Below are positions 31,935 through 45,272 of a DNA stretch of 64,000 bases, piece by piece. A program made the position numbers and the translations under genes. Numbering within the stretch: the first letter of the stretch is position 1; each line of letters starts with the position of its first letter. A model generated the notes under the pieces. That model was not told the DNA's origin. It did no database searches and was given only the letters and a program-made list of their open reading frames with translations. This DNA comes from Gammaproteobacteria bacterium (GTDB taxonomy: Bacteria > Pseudomonadota > Gammaproteobacteria > Eutrophobiales > Eutrophobiaceae), in NCBI GenBank assembly GCA_965215365.1, contig CBDCDS010000003.1, positions 1,824,001-1,888,000 of the forward strand. The letters are read 5' to 3'.

Positions 31935-34748
31935 TTATTTCCCCGTGTACTGAAAGGACAGGATGGTAATGTCGTCGAACTGTTCGGCCCGGCCGATGAA
32001 CCGGACGACGTTTCGGAAAACAGCGTTGGTCATATCCTTGGCAGAATCGAAGGTATTCTTTTTCAGCAGGTCCTCCAGCCGTTCGTCATCATAGAATTCA
32101 TCCCGTATATTCTGCGCCTCGGTGACGCCGTCGGTGTAGAGCAGTATCATGTCGCCGGCCTCCATGCTAATGGATTGCTGCTGGTATTCCACACCGTCAA
32201 AAGTGCCCACCAACGGCCCCTGAACTTCTTCTAGGCAGATTAACTCGCCGGTATGTTTTTTGATGTACGGCAGGTTATGTCCTCCATTGGTAAGCAGCAA
32301 CTGGCCGCTGCGCAAGTCCATAATGCCAACGATCAGCGTGACGAACATATTGCTCTCATTGTTCAGCGACAACTCATTGTTGACTCGGGTAACGATATCC
32401 CGGGCCTGATCGGTCTGGTCCAGCACCTTGTTCAGCAGCGCCTTACTCATTGACATGAACAGCGAGGCCGGTATGCCTTTACCCGACACGTCTCCCACGC
32501 AGAAATAGACCTTGTCATCCGGCAGCAGTGAAAAGTCGTAAAAGTCGCCCGACACGCTCTGTGCCGGTTTCAGGAATGCCTCCAGGCGAAACCCTTCTCC
32601 CTCAATGGGTTCCGGCAACATATCCATCTGCACCTTCTGACCGATCTTGAGGTCTTGCGCCAGCTTGTCATTATGGGATTTAATGGTCTTGAAGGCGATC
32701 CTGAGCTTCTCACTGGCCTTGGTGACGCTGGTGCGGCTCCAGATTGATATCAGGGTAAGCACCAGCACCATGACTGCGGTTAACGCGTTACCGGCTATGG
32801 TTTGTTGGGTAAAAGCTCTGGATATGGCAAATGCGTCTCCACTTTTGAGCTCATTGATAATGCCGAAACCGTAGGTATTGTTCCAGCTCCAGTAGCCGAT
32901 AACTTCCTCGCCCAGATAGTTTTTATACTCCTGCAACTCGCCGCCACTGTCTCCGGTAATTACGCGCCTGACGGACCGCGGCAGTCTGGCGTTGGCGCCG
33001 GATTTGCCGAGCGGCGCCGCGTACATACCCACAACGGATTCCGTTGCTGACGTGATCCAGCCCTGCTCAAGGAGCTGTTCTTTCCAGCGTGGTTCGCTGA
33101 TAAAACGGCCTTGGCGGTCAACCAGGTAAACCTCGCCATAATTACCGACGTAGCCGCGCCGCAGGATCTTGCTCAACTTGCGCGTTGGCGACGCCGTGAC
33201 GAACACTGCGCCCTGATTCTCGCCAATTAACGAACCGAAAACGATATGGTCTGATAATAGCTCATCAGCAGCTTCCCGATTCGGAAAATTGACAATCGTC
33301 TGCTCGCTCTGCAAGCGTTCCATAACGCCTTCAGGCAAGACAAAATATTTTCCTGTCAGGTCGGCCCGATTGCTGGCCAGCACAATGCCGTCCGCATCTA
33401 CGATCAGGTAGTTATCGAATATCTCAGGCCGGGCAATATGCGCCTGCTCAGCCAGCGTTTGCAGGGCCGGATCAATCAGGCCGGCCTCGCCTTGCTCTGC
33501 TCCGGCAGGCATACCAGCCAATACCTGAAGTTTGTCGACATCCGCTTCACTGATCCAGCGGGAAGTTTGCTGTAGCGCCTCCTGACTGAGCGCATCAGCA
33601 AACGTGGTGGCTTCCTGAGCGGTCTCATGCAGCCACTCCAGTACTGCGTCCCGGCGGGAATCCAGGGTAAATTTCAACTCGTCGCGCACCTGATTGGTGG
33701 CTTGAATCCGGTTTTCGCTCAGGAACCATCCGGACAGGCCCAGAACCAGGAAGGTAATAATAGTGGCGGCAACGACCAGTGGCCAGTTCTGCCAGAAGGT
33801 ACCCAGAAAAATCTGCAGGGAGGTGGACTCTGTTATGCTTTCCCCATCGGTTGGTTTCGGCGCGTCGTCCTTGCTGGTCATTTTTCGCACCATTGCATCG
33901 CGCGCCGAGCCCTTACCCTCGGCCTCGGCGGAGGTATAACCGCTGGCGGCCAGCCGTTGCGCCAGACGCGACTTCCCGCTCTGTGCGGTTTTCCGTTGCC
34001 AGGTCCACCAGCCGCCCAGGGCCAGAGATACCAGCGCCAGTACAGTCGCTAAGCTTAAGGTCATCATCAACACCAGGTTAGTGCGCTTTTGTGCATCGGT
34101 GTAGTGCGCCAGCTCCCCCGAAGTCCTGTGATCGATGAGGTCAAAAAAATCTTCCAGCGGCATCATGATTTTTTCCTTGGCGCGGTGATAGGCATCGCTA
34201 TGCAGCAGTTCGCTGGCCAGTTGCCGGTCCGGTTGCCCCTTGTGGTAACGCCCGGTAGCGTCTTCAAAAATCCCCTCCATGGCGTTCATTGCCTGGTTCT
34301 CCAGGCCGACCAGTTGGTTGGATTCGTTTTTTGTTTCCTGTAGCAACGCGAATTCTGATTCGGTGAATTCTGCTTCTTTCATCAACTGCCGCAATGATTC
34401 AGGCGGCATATCCACGCGTGGGGGCATACCTGTGGATACTACAAAATCCCAGTAGATTTTATGATAGTCCACGGGACGCGGCGCTTCGCCATTCCTGATA
34501 GCTAGGATTTTGTCAAAATACTCCTTGAACCGAGGGTCGCCGGTCACCGCGTAGGTTCTGGCCATACGGGTCAGGTCATCGGAACTTTGCCGCAACTCGT
34601 CAGCCAACAGGTAGGACTGGTACCTGCGCGCGGAGGCCTCTACAATCTTGTCGTCATACCTGCTGGTTTCCAAGTACATGAACAGGCCCAGCAGCAGCAA
34701 CACCAGCAGGGATGCAAAAATAATCAGGAAGTGTTTTTGTAGATCCAT
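31935..34748 (-). CDS. Membrane-bound PP2C/SpoIIE (RsbU-like) phosphatase with two extracytoplasmic sensor regions
   Basis: VSGDFYDF, GDVSGKG, LYTDGVTEA and QFDDIT, plus four TM segments. It has a helical N-terminal sensor and a Cache-like second domain. Confidence 0.9.
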   Translation of the reverse strand: MDLQKHFLIIFASLLVLLLLGLFMYLETSRYDDKIVEASARRYQSYLLADELRQSSDDLTRMARTYAVTGDPRFKEYFDKILAIRNGEAPRPVDYHKIYWDFVVSTGMPPRVDMPPESLRQLMKEAEFTESEFALLQETKNESNQLVGLENQAMNAMEGIFEDATGRYHKGQPDRQLASELLHSDAYHRAKEKIMMPLEDFFDLIDHRTSGELAHYTDAQKRTNLVLMMTLSLATVLALVSLALGGWWTWQRKTAQSGKSRLAQRLAASGYTSAEAEGKGSARDAMVRKMTSKDDAPKPTDGESITESTSLQIFLGTFWQNWPLVVAATIITFLVLGLSGWFLSENRIQATNQVRDELKFTLDSRRDAVLEWLHETAQEATTFADALSQEALQQTSRWISEADVDKLQVLAGMPAGAEQGEAGLIDPALQTLAEQAHIARPEIFDNYLIVDADGIVLASNRADLTGKYFVLPEGVMERLQSEQTIVNFPNREAADELLSDHIVFGSLIGENQGAVFVTASPTRKLSKILRRGYVGNYGEVYLVDRQGRFISEPRWKEQLLEQGWITSATESVVGMYAAPLGKSGANARLPRSVRRVITGDSGGELQEYKNYLGEEVIGYWSWNNTYGFGIINELKSGDAFAISRAFTQQTIAGNALTAVMVLVLTLISIWSRTSVTKASEKLRIAFKTIKSHNDKLAQDLKIGQKVQMDMLPEPIEGEGFRLEAFLKPAQSVSGDFYDFSLLPDDKVYFCVGDVSGKGIPASLFMSMSKALLNKVLDQTDQARDIVTRVNNELSLNNESNMFVTLIVGIMDLRSGQLLLTNGGHNLPYIKKHTGELICLEEVQGPLVGTFDGVEYQQQSISMEAGDMILLYTDGVTEAQNIRDEFYDDERLEDLLKKNTFDSAKDMTNAVFRNVVRFIGRAEQFDDITILSFQYTGK

Positions 34749-34826
34749 CGCTAATCAGAAAAAAAGAAAGTGTTGTTACATTATAACCACAAACGGGCCT
34801 CACGGGCACCTCTAAAACACGAGGCG

Positions 34827-35660
34827 CCCGTGCCGCCTCAACCATAGCTACCGCTATGCTTATCGTCGCAGGCACCCGCAGGCAGCACCAATCCGGCGCG
34901 ATCTTCGCATCACTTGGTGAGATCTGCGGGCCAGCCCGCAGATCTCACCCAGTCGCTTATTGCCTTGTGAAACATGATTGCTCTCAATAAGTTATGATCA
35001 TACTGCTACTCTTTCCGCATAACCCACTGCGCTTGATGCGCCCTCGCTGGTCTTGGTGCTGCCTGCGGGCACGTGCTTCCTCAACCATAGCTACCGCTAT
35101 GCTTATCGTCGCAGGCACCCGCAGGCAGCACCAATCCGGCGCGATCTTCGCATCACTTGGTGAGATATGCGGGCCAGCCCGCAGATCTCACCCAGTCGCT
35201 TATTGCCTTGTGAAACATGATTGCTCTCAATAAGTTATGATCATGCTGCTACTCTTTCCGCATAACCCACTGCGCTTGATGCGCCCTCGCTGGTCTTGGT
35301 TCTGCCTGCGGGCACGTGCTTCCTCAACCATAGCTACCGCTATGCTTATCGTCGCAGGCACCCGCAGGCAGCACCAATCCGGCGCGATCTTCGCATCACT
35401 TGGTGAGATATGCGGGCCAGCCCGCAGATCTCACCCAGTCGCTTATTGCCTTGTGAAACATGATTGCTCTCAATAAGTTATGATCATGCTGCTACTCTTT
35501 CCGCATAACCCACTGCGCTTGATGCGCCCTCGCTGGTCTTGGTTCTGCCTGCGGGCACGTGCTTCCTCAACCATAGCTACCGCTATGCTTATCGTCGCAG
35601 GCACCCGCAGGCAGAACCAATCCGGCGCGATCTTCGCATCACTTGGTGAGATATGCGGGC
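34827..35660. repeat. Tandem array of a 241-bp MITE (period 243 bp; 3 full copies and 1 partial)
   Basis: Units start at 34934, 35177 and 35420. Each runs GCCCGCAGATCTCACC...GGTGAGATATGCGGGC, separated by CA, and the last is followed by TA. Confidence 0.92.
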
Positions 35661-35675
35661 TAAGCAGAGGTTACC

Positions 35676-36146
35676 CTAAAACGGGATATCGTCATCAACG
35701 AATTCCCGGTCATTACCGGGCGGGTTGTCACCCGTCGCCGGCGCCGCGGCAGTGGCTGGCGCTGACGCCTGTGCCGGCGGCGCCGCTCGGGCAAAGTCCT
35801 CGCCGCCGCCTTTACTGTCGAGCATCTGCATTTCGCGGCCCACAATCTCGGTGGTATAGCGGTCGTTACCGTCCCGGTCCTGCCATTTACGCGTCTGCAA
35901 GCGGCCTTCAACATAGACCTTCGAGCCTTTGCGTAAATATTCTGAGACTATCTCCGCCAGCCGGTCGAAAAAGACCACGCGATGCCATTCGGTGCGTTCC
36001 TGCTGGTCGCCCGTTTCCTTGTCCCGCCATGTATCCGAAGTCGCCAGACTGACATTGGCGATCGGCGAGCCACCGGCCGTGTATCTTACATCGGGGTCGT
36101 TCCCCAAGTTTCCGATAAGAATGACTTTATTGATTCCTCTGGCCAT
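35676..36146 (-). CDS. ssb: Single-stranded DNA-binding protein
   Basis: [22 protein letters not shown] and C-terminal DDDIPF. Confidence 0.98.
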   Translation of the reverse strand: MARGINKVILIGNLGNDPDVRYTAGGSPIANVSLATSDTWRDKETGDQQERTEWHRVVFFDRLAEIVSEYLRKGSKVYVEGRLQTRKWQDRDGNDRYTTEIVGREMQMLDSKGGGEDFARAAPPAQASAPATAAAPATGDNPPGNDREFVDDDIPF

Positions 36147-36280
36147 CATTACACTCCTTTCATACGATTGATTTAGTTAACATTTATGTGCCTAGCCGTC
36201 ACTCCGATGATACATTCGGGTTGGACTTGCGCCAAGCATGGCTTATATTAGCAGGTTAATTCATTTTCGGGCAAGTCAAT

Positions 36281-39166
<2,886 letters not shown>

Positions 39167-39188
39167 GCGCCTCTAAAGTCAGAGGTTT

Positions 39189-39482
39189 CTATAAACCTTG
39201 TTCTTTGCGTATGATGGAAGGTTGTTTTTCAATTAACGCCAAGAGAATGCGCGCCGGCCCTTCCGGATGCTGACGTCCCATCTCCCAGTTTTTCAGCGTA
39301 TTCAGTGATACGTCAATACATTTGGCAAAAGCAGGCTGAGAGAGGCCAGTCCTGTTTCGAATTGTTACAACATCAGGCCTAGACACTTTAACTTCGTGCA
39401 CGGCGAAGCTGTCACGTTTACCATCCAAGTAATCACCGGCATCCCTGACGCCGTTCATGATTTTATCGAATGCTGTACTCAT
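39189..39482 (-). CDS. HigA-like XRE/HTH antitoxin
   Basis: IRNRTGLSQPAFA...TLKNWEMGRQHPEGPARILL. Confidence 0.85.
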   Translation of the reverse strand: MSTAFDKIMNGVRDAGDYLDGKRDSFAVHEVKVSRPDVVTIRNRTGLSQPAFAKCIDVSLNTLKNWEMGRQHPEGPARILLALIEKQPSIIRKEQGL

Positions 39483-39823
39483 TTGTGACTCTTGTAACTT
39501 GCGATTATCTTTTTTGCACTGATGATCAGGGCGGCTCGTTCGCCAACGGTGAGATTCGTTTTCTCATTCTTGGCAAAAACTGTAAGCAAAAACACAGGTG
39601 TATCCTCAGCAGCAAAAATAAACACTACACGCGCTCCGCCGCTCTTGCCACGGCCTGAACGGGCAAGCCGCATTTTACGGATACCTCCTCCAATCGACAC
39701 GCCTGCTAACGGATTTTTTGCTATAATGCTGACAACTTCGGTACGTTCAATATCAGATAAAATACCTTTGGCCGCCGAGAGATATGCAGGTGTCTCCACC
39801 ACTGTCTGCAAACAAACTCTCAT
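39479..39823 (-). CDS. RelE/HigB-family toxin
   Basis: QTVVETPAY, GGIRKMRLARSGRGKSGGARVVF and LLTVFAKNEK, in toxin-first order. Confidence 0.85.
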   Translation of the reverse strand: MRVCLQTVVETPAYLSAAKGILSDIERTEVVSIIAKNPLAGVSIGGGIRKMRLARSGRGKSGGARVVFIFAAEDTPVFLLTVFAKNEKTNLTVGERAALIISAKKIIASYKSHK

Positions 39824-39829
39824 GCAAAG

Positions 39830-39858
39830 ATGATAGGTATTCTGAGCGCGAAAGTCAA
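39830..39858 (-). promoter_or_regulatory. Putative sigma70 promoter of the TA operon (possibly leaderless)
   Basis: TTGACT-17 bp-TATCAT. The predicted +1 coincides with the ATG at 39823. Confidence 0.55.
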
Positions 39859-39994
39859 TAGCCCATAGCTTGACATTCGAGCTGCCGAAAAGGTGTCCGC
39901 TCAATGCTGAAATATAATCCGTCAGAAGAAAAACGACATTTCATCTCACTCATCAAACCATATCTGTGGTGGGGAGAATAATTGGTACACTGTC

Positions 39995-41185
39995 ATGCTG
40001 AGTAATCAGTATCTGATGAACATTATTGAGGGTGGAGAAAGTGATCGGACAGAATTCACGGAAGCCACCAATGACATGGATAAAATACGGCAGGCGATTT
40101 GTGCCTTTGCCAATGATCTGCCTGCTCATGGGGCGCCTGGTTTTATCTTTATCGGGATCAGGGATGATGGGAGTTGTACCGACCTGACAATCACTGATAA
40201 ATTGCTGCAGAAATTGGGTGGCTTGAGGAACGACGGCAAGATTCTCCCTTTTCCTGTCATAGAGGTTAGCAAACAAACGGTCAGTGGTTGCGAAGTGGCG
40301 CTGGTGCAGGTTGAACCTTCTGACAATCCGCCGGTGAAAGTTGATAGCAGATGCTGGATTCGAGTAGGGCCTAGACGGGCGCAAGCCAGCGCCAAAGAAG
40401 AACGTCGTCTCACAGAAAAAAGGCGTTGGGGAAATCTGTCCTACGACTTGCAAGGCGTGAAAGGTGCATCCGTAGCGACCGACCTGAACTTGCAGATATT
40501 TGAAAACGACTACATGCCGCAGGCTGTGTCACCGGAGGCATTGGCAGCGAATGAACGCAGCCGGCCAGAACAGTTACAAGCCTTGCGTCTGTCAACGCAG
40601 GACGGTTTGCCCAGCGTGACGGCCATTCTCACCTTGGGCAAAGATCCGCAATACTGGTTCCCGGGAGCTTATGTTCAATTTGTTCGTTATAACGGTATTG
40701 AAGTGACAGATGCCATTGTCGATCACAGGCAAATAAGTGGTGTCCTGCCTGAGCAACTGCTTGAATTGGACAGGGTTCTGAAAACAAATATTTCCCAGGC
40801 ATTGGACACCAGCGGAGACCTGCACAAAGAAAATCCGGATTATCCCTTTGTCGCGCTGCGGGAACTCGTTCGTAATGCAGTGATTCACAGAAATTATGAA
40901 AACTCCAATACACCGGTCAGGATTCACTGGTTTACCGATAATATCCAGATTGTCAGCCCCGGCTCGGTGTATGGCGCTGTCACTCAAGAGAATTTCGGGC
41001 AGCCGGGCATTACTGATTATCGTAATCCCACTATTGCGGAAGCCATGAAAAACCTGGGTTTTATGCAACGCTTCGGGATCGGCATCGCCACGGCAAACAG
41101 GGCGCTTGCAGAGAACAATAATCCGCCGGTTGAATTTGATGTGCAGGAAAACTTTCTCACAGCAACAGTCAAAAAACAGCGATGA
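39995..41185 (+). CDS. Schlafen/AlbA_2 + HATPase_c_4 (RecG C-terminal-like) protein
   Basis: GESDRTEF..ICAFAN..G.IFIGIRDDG, then ALRELVRNAVIHRNY, SPG, YRNPTIAEAM and GIGI. Confidence 0.85.
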   Translation: MLSNQYLMNIIEGGESDRTEFTEATNDMDKIRQAICAFANDLPAHGAPGFIFIGIRDDGSCTDLTITDKLLQKLGGLRNDGKILPFPVIEVSKQTVSGCEVALVQVEPSDNPPVKVDSRCWIRVGPRRAQASAKEERRLTEKRRWGNLSYDLQGVKGASVATDLNLQIFENDYMPQAVSPEALAANERSRPEQLQALRLSTQDGLPSVTAILTLGKDPQYWFPGAYVQFVRYNGIEVTDAIVDHRQISGVLPEQLLELDRVLKTNISQALDTSGDLHKENPDYPFVALRELVRNAVIHRNYENSNTPVRIHWFTDNIQIVSPGSVYGAVTQENFGQPGITDYRNPTIAEAMKNLGFMQRFGIGIATANRALAENNNPPVEFDVQENFLTATVKKQR

Positions 41186-42183
41186 AGACCATAGCCTTTT
41201 TCAATAATAAGGGCGGCGTGGGGAAAACCTCTCTGGTTTATCATTTGGCTTGGATGTTCAGGGAAACCGACAGGCGTGTTATGGCTATCGATTTGGATCC
41301 TCAAGCCAATTTGAGCGGGATGTTCCTTAGTGAAAGACGCTTAGGAGAACTTTGGCAGGGTTTGGAAAAAAAGACGATAGACGGCGATATTGCCCCGTTG
41401 TTTGAGGGAACCGGCGACATTGCCAATGCGCCCCATGTTGAGGAAATCGATGATCGCCTCGGTCTTCTGGTCGGCGATTTGAACCTTGCCCGACGTGAAG
41501 GTGACTTATCAGAACAATGGTCGAAGTGCCTGGATCAGGATAAACGGGCATTTCGCGTGACCACTGCGTTTGCTCGACTGATTGCCGACGCAGGTAAAGC
41601 ATTCCAGGCCGAACTGGCCTTGCTGGATGTCGGTCCCAATCTCGGCGCCATTAACAGAGCCGCGCTGGTGGCCAGCGACTATGTAGTCATCCCCCTCGCC
41701 CCTGATTTGTTCTCATTACAAGGGTTGGGAAATACCGGGCCTACTCTGAGAAGTTGGAAGAGTGGGTGGCGCGACCGAGTTAAACGCAAACCGCCGGAAC
41801 TGACTATCACACTACCCAAAGGCAACATGAAACCATTGGGTTACATTGTCATGCGGCATTCCGCCAGATTGGACCGTCCTGTAAAAGCCTACCTGCGCTG
41901 GATTGAAAAGATACCCGTAGAGTACCGTACCTCAGTTTTGCAGGAAAGCAACCCGGTCGCACCGGCGCTTGATACTGATGAGCATTTGCTGGCCCACCTG
42001 AAGGACTACCGTTCACTCATGCCCATGGCGCAAGAGGCGAATAAACCCATGTTCATGCTTAAACCCGCCGATGGCGTCATCGGTGCACAACAACAAGCTG
42101 CCAGAAGTTGCTATGACGATTTTCGCATACTGTCGGAAAAAATTATCCATAAAATGAACGAAGAGACCAGCTTGGCTTCGTAG
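41182..42183 (+). CDS. ParA/MinD-family ATPase
   Basis: FFNNKGGVGKT, DLDPQANLS and DVGPNLGAINRAAL. ATGA overlap with the upstream gene. Confidence 0.9.
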   Translation: MKTIAFFNNKGGVGKTSLVYHLAWMFRETDRRVMAIDLDPQANLSGMFLSERRLGELWQGLEKKTIDGDIAPLFEGTGDIANAPHVEEIDDRLGLLVGDLNLARREGDLSEQWSKCLDQDKRAFRVTTAFARLIADAGKAFQAELALLDVGPNLGAINRAALVASDYVVIPLAPDLFSLQGLGNTGPTLRSWKSGWRDRVKRKPPELTITLPKGNMKPLGYIVMRHSARLDRPVKAYLRWIEKIPVEYRTSVLQESNPVAPALDTDEHLLAHLKDYRSLMPMAQEANKPMFMLKPADGVIGAQQQAARSCYDDFRILSEKIIHKMNEETSLAS

Positions 42184-42324
42184 TTTATTATGCAGCCCGC
42201 CCTTGAACCCATCACCCGGACCCTGAACTACGGCGAGCTGCCTGAAACCTGGGGCAAGGACGATTGTGTGGTGGGATGAAGCTATACTTGCCGAGCCAGT
42301 ACCAGTGATTTTCGGACGTAACCC

Positions 42325-43260
42325 ATGACTGCTCTCATCTGCGGCTCATTTGCCTACGACCACCTGATGGCGTATCCGGGGCGGTTTCGGGAGGATATTC
42401 TGCCGGATCAGATTCATATTCTGAACGTGTGCTTTGTGGTGCCGGAGTTGCGGCGCGAGTTTGGGGGGTGCGGCGGCAATATTATCTATAACACCGGGCT
42501 GTTGGGCGCGGATTGCCTGGCTATGGGCACGGTGGGGGTCGATTTTGACGCCTACCGGCGCTGGCTGGAGCAGAACGGGGTGGAGCTGCGCCATCTGCGC
42601 GTCATTGACGGTGTCTATACGGCACAATGTTTCATCACCACGGATAGCGACAACAACCAGATTACCACCTTTCAGGTGGGCGCTATGGCGTATTCCCAGC
42701 AGAATCAGGTGTCGATGGCGCAGAATATCAGCCTCGGCATCGTCGCGCCCGACGGTAAGGAAGGCATGTTACAGCACGCGCAGCAGTTTGCCGAAGCAAA
42801 CATCCCGTTCATCTTCGATCCGGGGCAGAACGTCACCGTGTTGTCCAGGGATGAGCTGCTGGACAGTTTTCAGTATGCAACCTGGTTGGTCTTCAACGAC
42901 TATGAGTGGCAGCTGGTGGAAGGCAAGACCGGGTTGACGCGCGCCAGTGTGCTGGAGCGGGTGGACGGTTTGATTGTCACTCGCGGCGGGTCCGGTTCTG
43001 TCATTTATACCGGTGCCGGACAAATCGATATTCCCCCGGCGCGCAGCGAACATGCAATCGACCCCACCGGCTGTGGCGACGCCTACCGCGCTGGCTTGAT
43101 TTACGGCCTGTTGCAGGGCCTGGATTGGGAAACCACCGGGCGCATCGCCTCATTGATGGGAAAAATCAAGGTCGAGGTACGCGGCACCCAGAACCACCGC
43201 TTTGAACAACAGGAGTTTTTGGATTTATTCAAACAACACTTTGGCTATTCCATGTTGTAA
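42325..43260 (+). CDS. PfkB-family carbohydrate/adenosine kinase
   Basis: GGCGGNI, FIFDPGQ and DPTGCGDAYRAG. Confidence 0.9.
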   Translation: MTALICGSFAYDHLMAYPGRFREDILPDQIHILNVCFVVPELRREFGGCGGNIIYNTGLLGADCLAMGTVGVDFDAYRRWLEQNGVELRHLRVIDGVYTAQCFITTDSDNNQITTFQVGAMAYSQQNQVSMAQNISLGIVAPDGKEGMLQHAQQFAEANIPFIFDPGQNVTVLSRDELLDSFQYATWLVFNDYEWQLVEGKTGLTRASVLERVDGLIVTRGGSGSVIYTGAGQIDIPPARSEHAIDPTGCGDAYRAGLIYGLLQGLDWETTGRIASLMGKIKVEVRGTQNHRFEQQEFLDLFKQHFGYSML

Positions 43261-43399
43261 TGCCCATGGCTATGCAGGATATACAGAACGAAATACCGAA
43301 GTATCCGAGGCGACGATACTAACACCCTGCCTATCCTGTGCATCCGGGTCAAATTGCAGGTTTGCATCTTCGGCGTTGCCGTTTTATACTGTCGCCTCC

Positions 43400-43450
43400 T
43401 AATCCTTGCCTCACCGCCTTGACGGGAGGCTTTATCCATGAGGATTTACC
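43400..43450 (+). promoter_or_regulatory. Possible S6:S18 ribosomal-protein leader
   Basis: CCTTGCCTC...GAGGC stem just upstream of the rpsF RBS. Confidence 0.35.
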
Positions 43451-43939
43451 ATGAGACATTATGAAATCGTGTTTCTGGTCCACCCCGACCAGAGTGAGCA
43501 GGTGCCGGCCATGATCGAGCGCTACCGCGCCATGATCGAAGCCGACCAGGGCAGCGTACATCGTCTGGAAGACTGGGGACGGCGCCAGCTGGCTTATCCG
43601 ATTAACAAAATTCACAAGGCGCACTATGTGTTGATGAACATTGAGTGCGAGCAGCCCACCTTGCAGCAACTCAACAACGCCTTCAGGTTTAATGATGCGG
43701 TGATCCGCGATCTCATCTTCCACCGGGACGCGGCCGTCACCGAACCCTCGCCACTGGCAAAATCCAAGGAAGATGAGGAGCAGGAAGCAGCGGGAAATAC
43801 GGACAATGCCAAACCTGAACAGGCACAGAGCAAGACGGCTGAGGCCGGCGCTGGCACTACTGCCGAAGCAGACGCCACTGCCGGTGCCACGCCTGCGGCT
43901 GTGGATCAGGAACAACCGGAAGCCGTACAGGGCGACTGA
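43451..43939 (+). CDS. rpsF: 30S ribosomal protein S6 (long acidic/Ala tail)
   Basis: [18 protein letters not shown] and [12 protein letters not shown]. Confidence 0.98.
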   Translation: MRHYEIVFLVHPDQSEQVPAMIERYRAMIEADQGSVHRLEDWGRRQLAYPINKIHKAHYVLMNIECEQPTLQQLNNAFRFNDAVIRDLIFHRDAAVTEPSPLAKSKEDEEQEAAGNTDNAKPEQAQSKTAEAGAGTTAEADATAGATPAAVDQEQPEAVQGD

Positions 43940-43963
43940 CGTTTACAACGAATTGGGTGAGAA

Positions 43964-44188
43964 ATGGCAAGATATTTCAGAAGAAAACGCTACTGCAAGT
44001 TCACCGCAGAAGGTGTTGAAGAGATTGATTACAAGGATCTCAATACCTTGAAAGCATACGTTACGGAAACAGGCAAAATTGTGCCGAGCAGGATCTCAGG
44101 CACCAAGGCCAGATACCAGCGGCAGTTGGCGGCGGCAGTCAAGCGCGCCAGATACCTGTCCTTGCTGCCGTACAGCGACGCTCACTGA
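43964..44188 (+). CDS. rpsR: 30S ribosomal protein S18
   Basis: [22 protein letters not shown]. Confidence 0.98.
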   Translation: MARYFRRKRYCKFTAEGVEEIDYKDLNTLKAYVTETGKIVPSRISGTKARYQRQLAAAVKRARYLSLLPYSDAH

Positions 44189-44282
44189 GCACCCCGGCGT
44201 AGCCAGTCGTTCTCACGCCCGTGGCACCGTGCCGTATGGGTTGCGCCAGCAGCGGGCACGCTCGGCCACGCAAGAGCTTGAT

Positions 44283-45191
44283 ATGAAGGCATTTGGTAAT
44301 TTTCTGTTGACAACGCGCACCCGCGCGGCCCTGTCGGTGGCTGTGTTGACGTTGCTGGCAATCGCTTTTCCACCATTTTCCTATATTCTCAGCGGTACGC
44401 CGCTGGCGCTGGTAACGTTGCGTAAAGGCATTGCGTTCGGTGCGCAGGCAGCTCTGCTCAGTCTGGTGCTGACGCTGTTAGCTACGCTGGCATTGAACCT
44501 GCCGCCGGCGCTGCCGCTGGCATTCCTGATTAGTGTGTGGATGCCCGTGCTGTGCTGTGCACAGGTGCTGCGCAAGACTCAATCTCAGGGGATGATGGTG
44601 CTGTGCGCCGGCGCTGCCGGCGCGCTTTTTACCGCCTTCATTTACGCCAGACTGGATGAGTTGCAAAACTGGTGGCAGGAGCTATTCCAACGCTTGCAGG
44701 ACTATGGCCTGTCCCAACTCGACGCTACGCAACTGGAACACGCCAACCAACTGGTTACTTCGCTGCTGTCAGCGCTGTTCGCCTCCGGTTTTGTGCTGGG
44801 GCTGATCAGCACCTTGTTACTGGCGCGCTGGTGGCAGTCGGCGCTGTTCAATCCGGGCGGTTTCAGGGAGGAGTTTCATGCTTTAAGATTGCCGCGGGCG
44901 CTGATCTTCGCGACTATGGTCGGGCTGTCAGGCCTGCTGCTGCTGCCGTCATTTACCTCCGGTGCGATCCGGGACGCGGTGATTTTGATGTTGATCCTGT
45001 ACCTGTTCCAGGGACTGTCGGTCATGCATTATTATTTTTATACAAGAGGTATTCCCAAGCTCGGTTCTATCGGCCTGTACGGGACGTTTTTCGTGCTGCC
45101 TCACTTCATCCTGTTATTTGTGACTTGTGTCGGGCTCGTCAACGCCTGCGTCGGCTGGACTCCAGCCCGGGTCACGGATAAGAAGCCGTGA
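44283..45191 (+). CDS. DUF2232/YybS-like membrane protein
   Basis: Hydrophobic, with LARWWQSALFNPGGFREEF. It lies between rpsR and rplI. Confidence 0.8.
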   Translation: MKAFGNFLLTTRTRAALSVAVLTLLAIAFPPFSYILSGTPLALVTLRKGIAFGAQAALLSLVLTLLATLALNLPPALPLAFLISVWMPVLCCAQVLRKTQSQGMMVLCAGAAGALFTAFIYARLDELQNWWQELFQRLQDYGLSQLDATQLEHANQLVTSLLSALFASGFVLGLISTLLLARWWQSALFNPGGFREEFHALRLPRALIFATMVGLSGLLLLPSFTSGAIRDAVILMLILYLFQGLSVMHYYFYTRGIPKLGSIGLYGTFFVLPHFILLFVTCVGLVNACVGWTPARVTDKKP

Positions 45192-45272
45192 TTATGCTAT
45201 TATGGAAACCTCTAAAAATGCTCTCCGTAGCATTTTTAGAGATTATTTTGAGTAACACGCAGGAGTAATCCA

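Noticed and set aside
34827-35660. Tandem array as a CRISPR array
   Set aside because: The whole 243-bp units are near-identical with no unique spacers, and no cas genes are present.
34994-36052. Repeated 79-aa ORFs (MIILLLFPHNPLRLMRP...) as a peptide or precursor family
   Set aside because: They span MITE junctions and lack an RBS. The related copy at 48220 does not preserve the ORF.
36150-36280. LexA box between ssb and uvrA
   Set aside because: No CTGT-N8-ACAG match was seen.
41182-42183. ParA as evidence of a plasmid or partition locus
   Set aside because: No parB, parS or rep gene is present, and the surroundings are chromosomal core genes.
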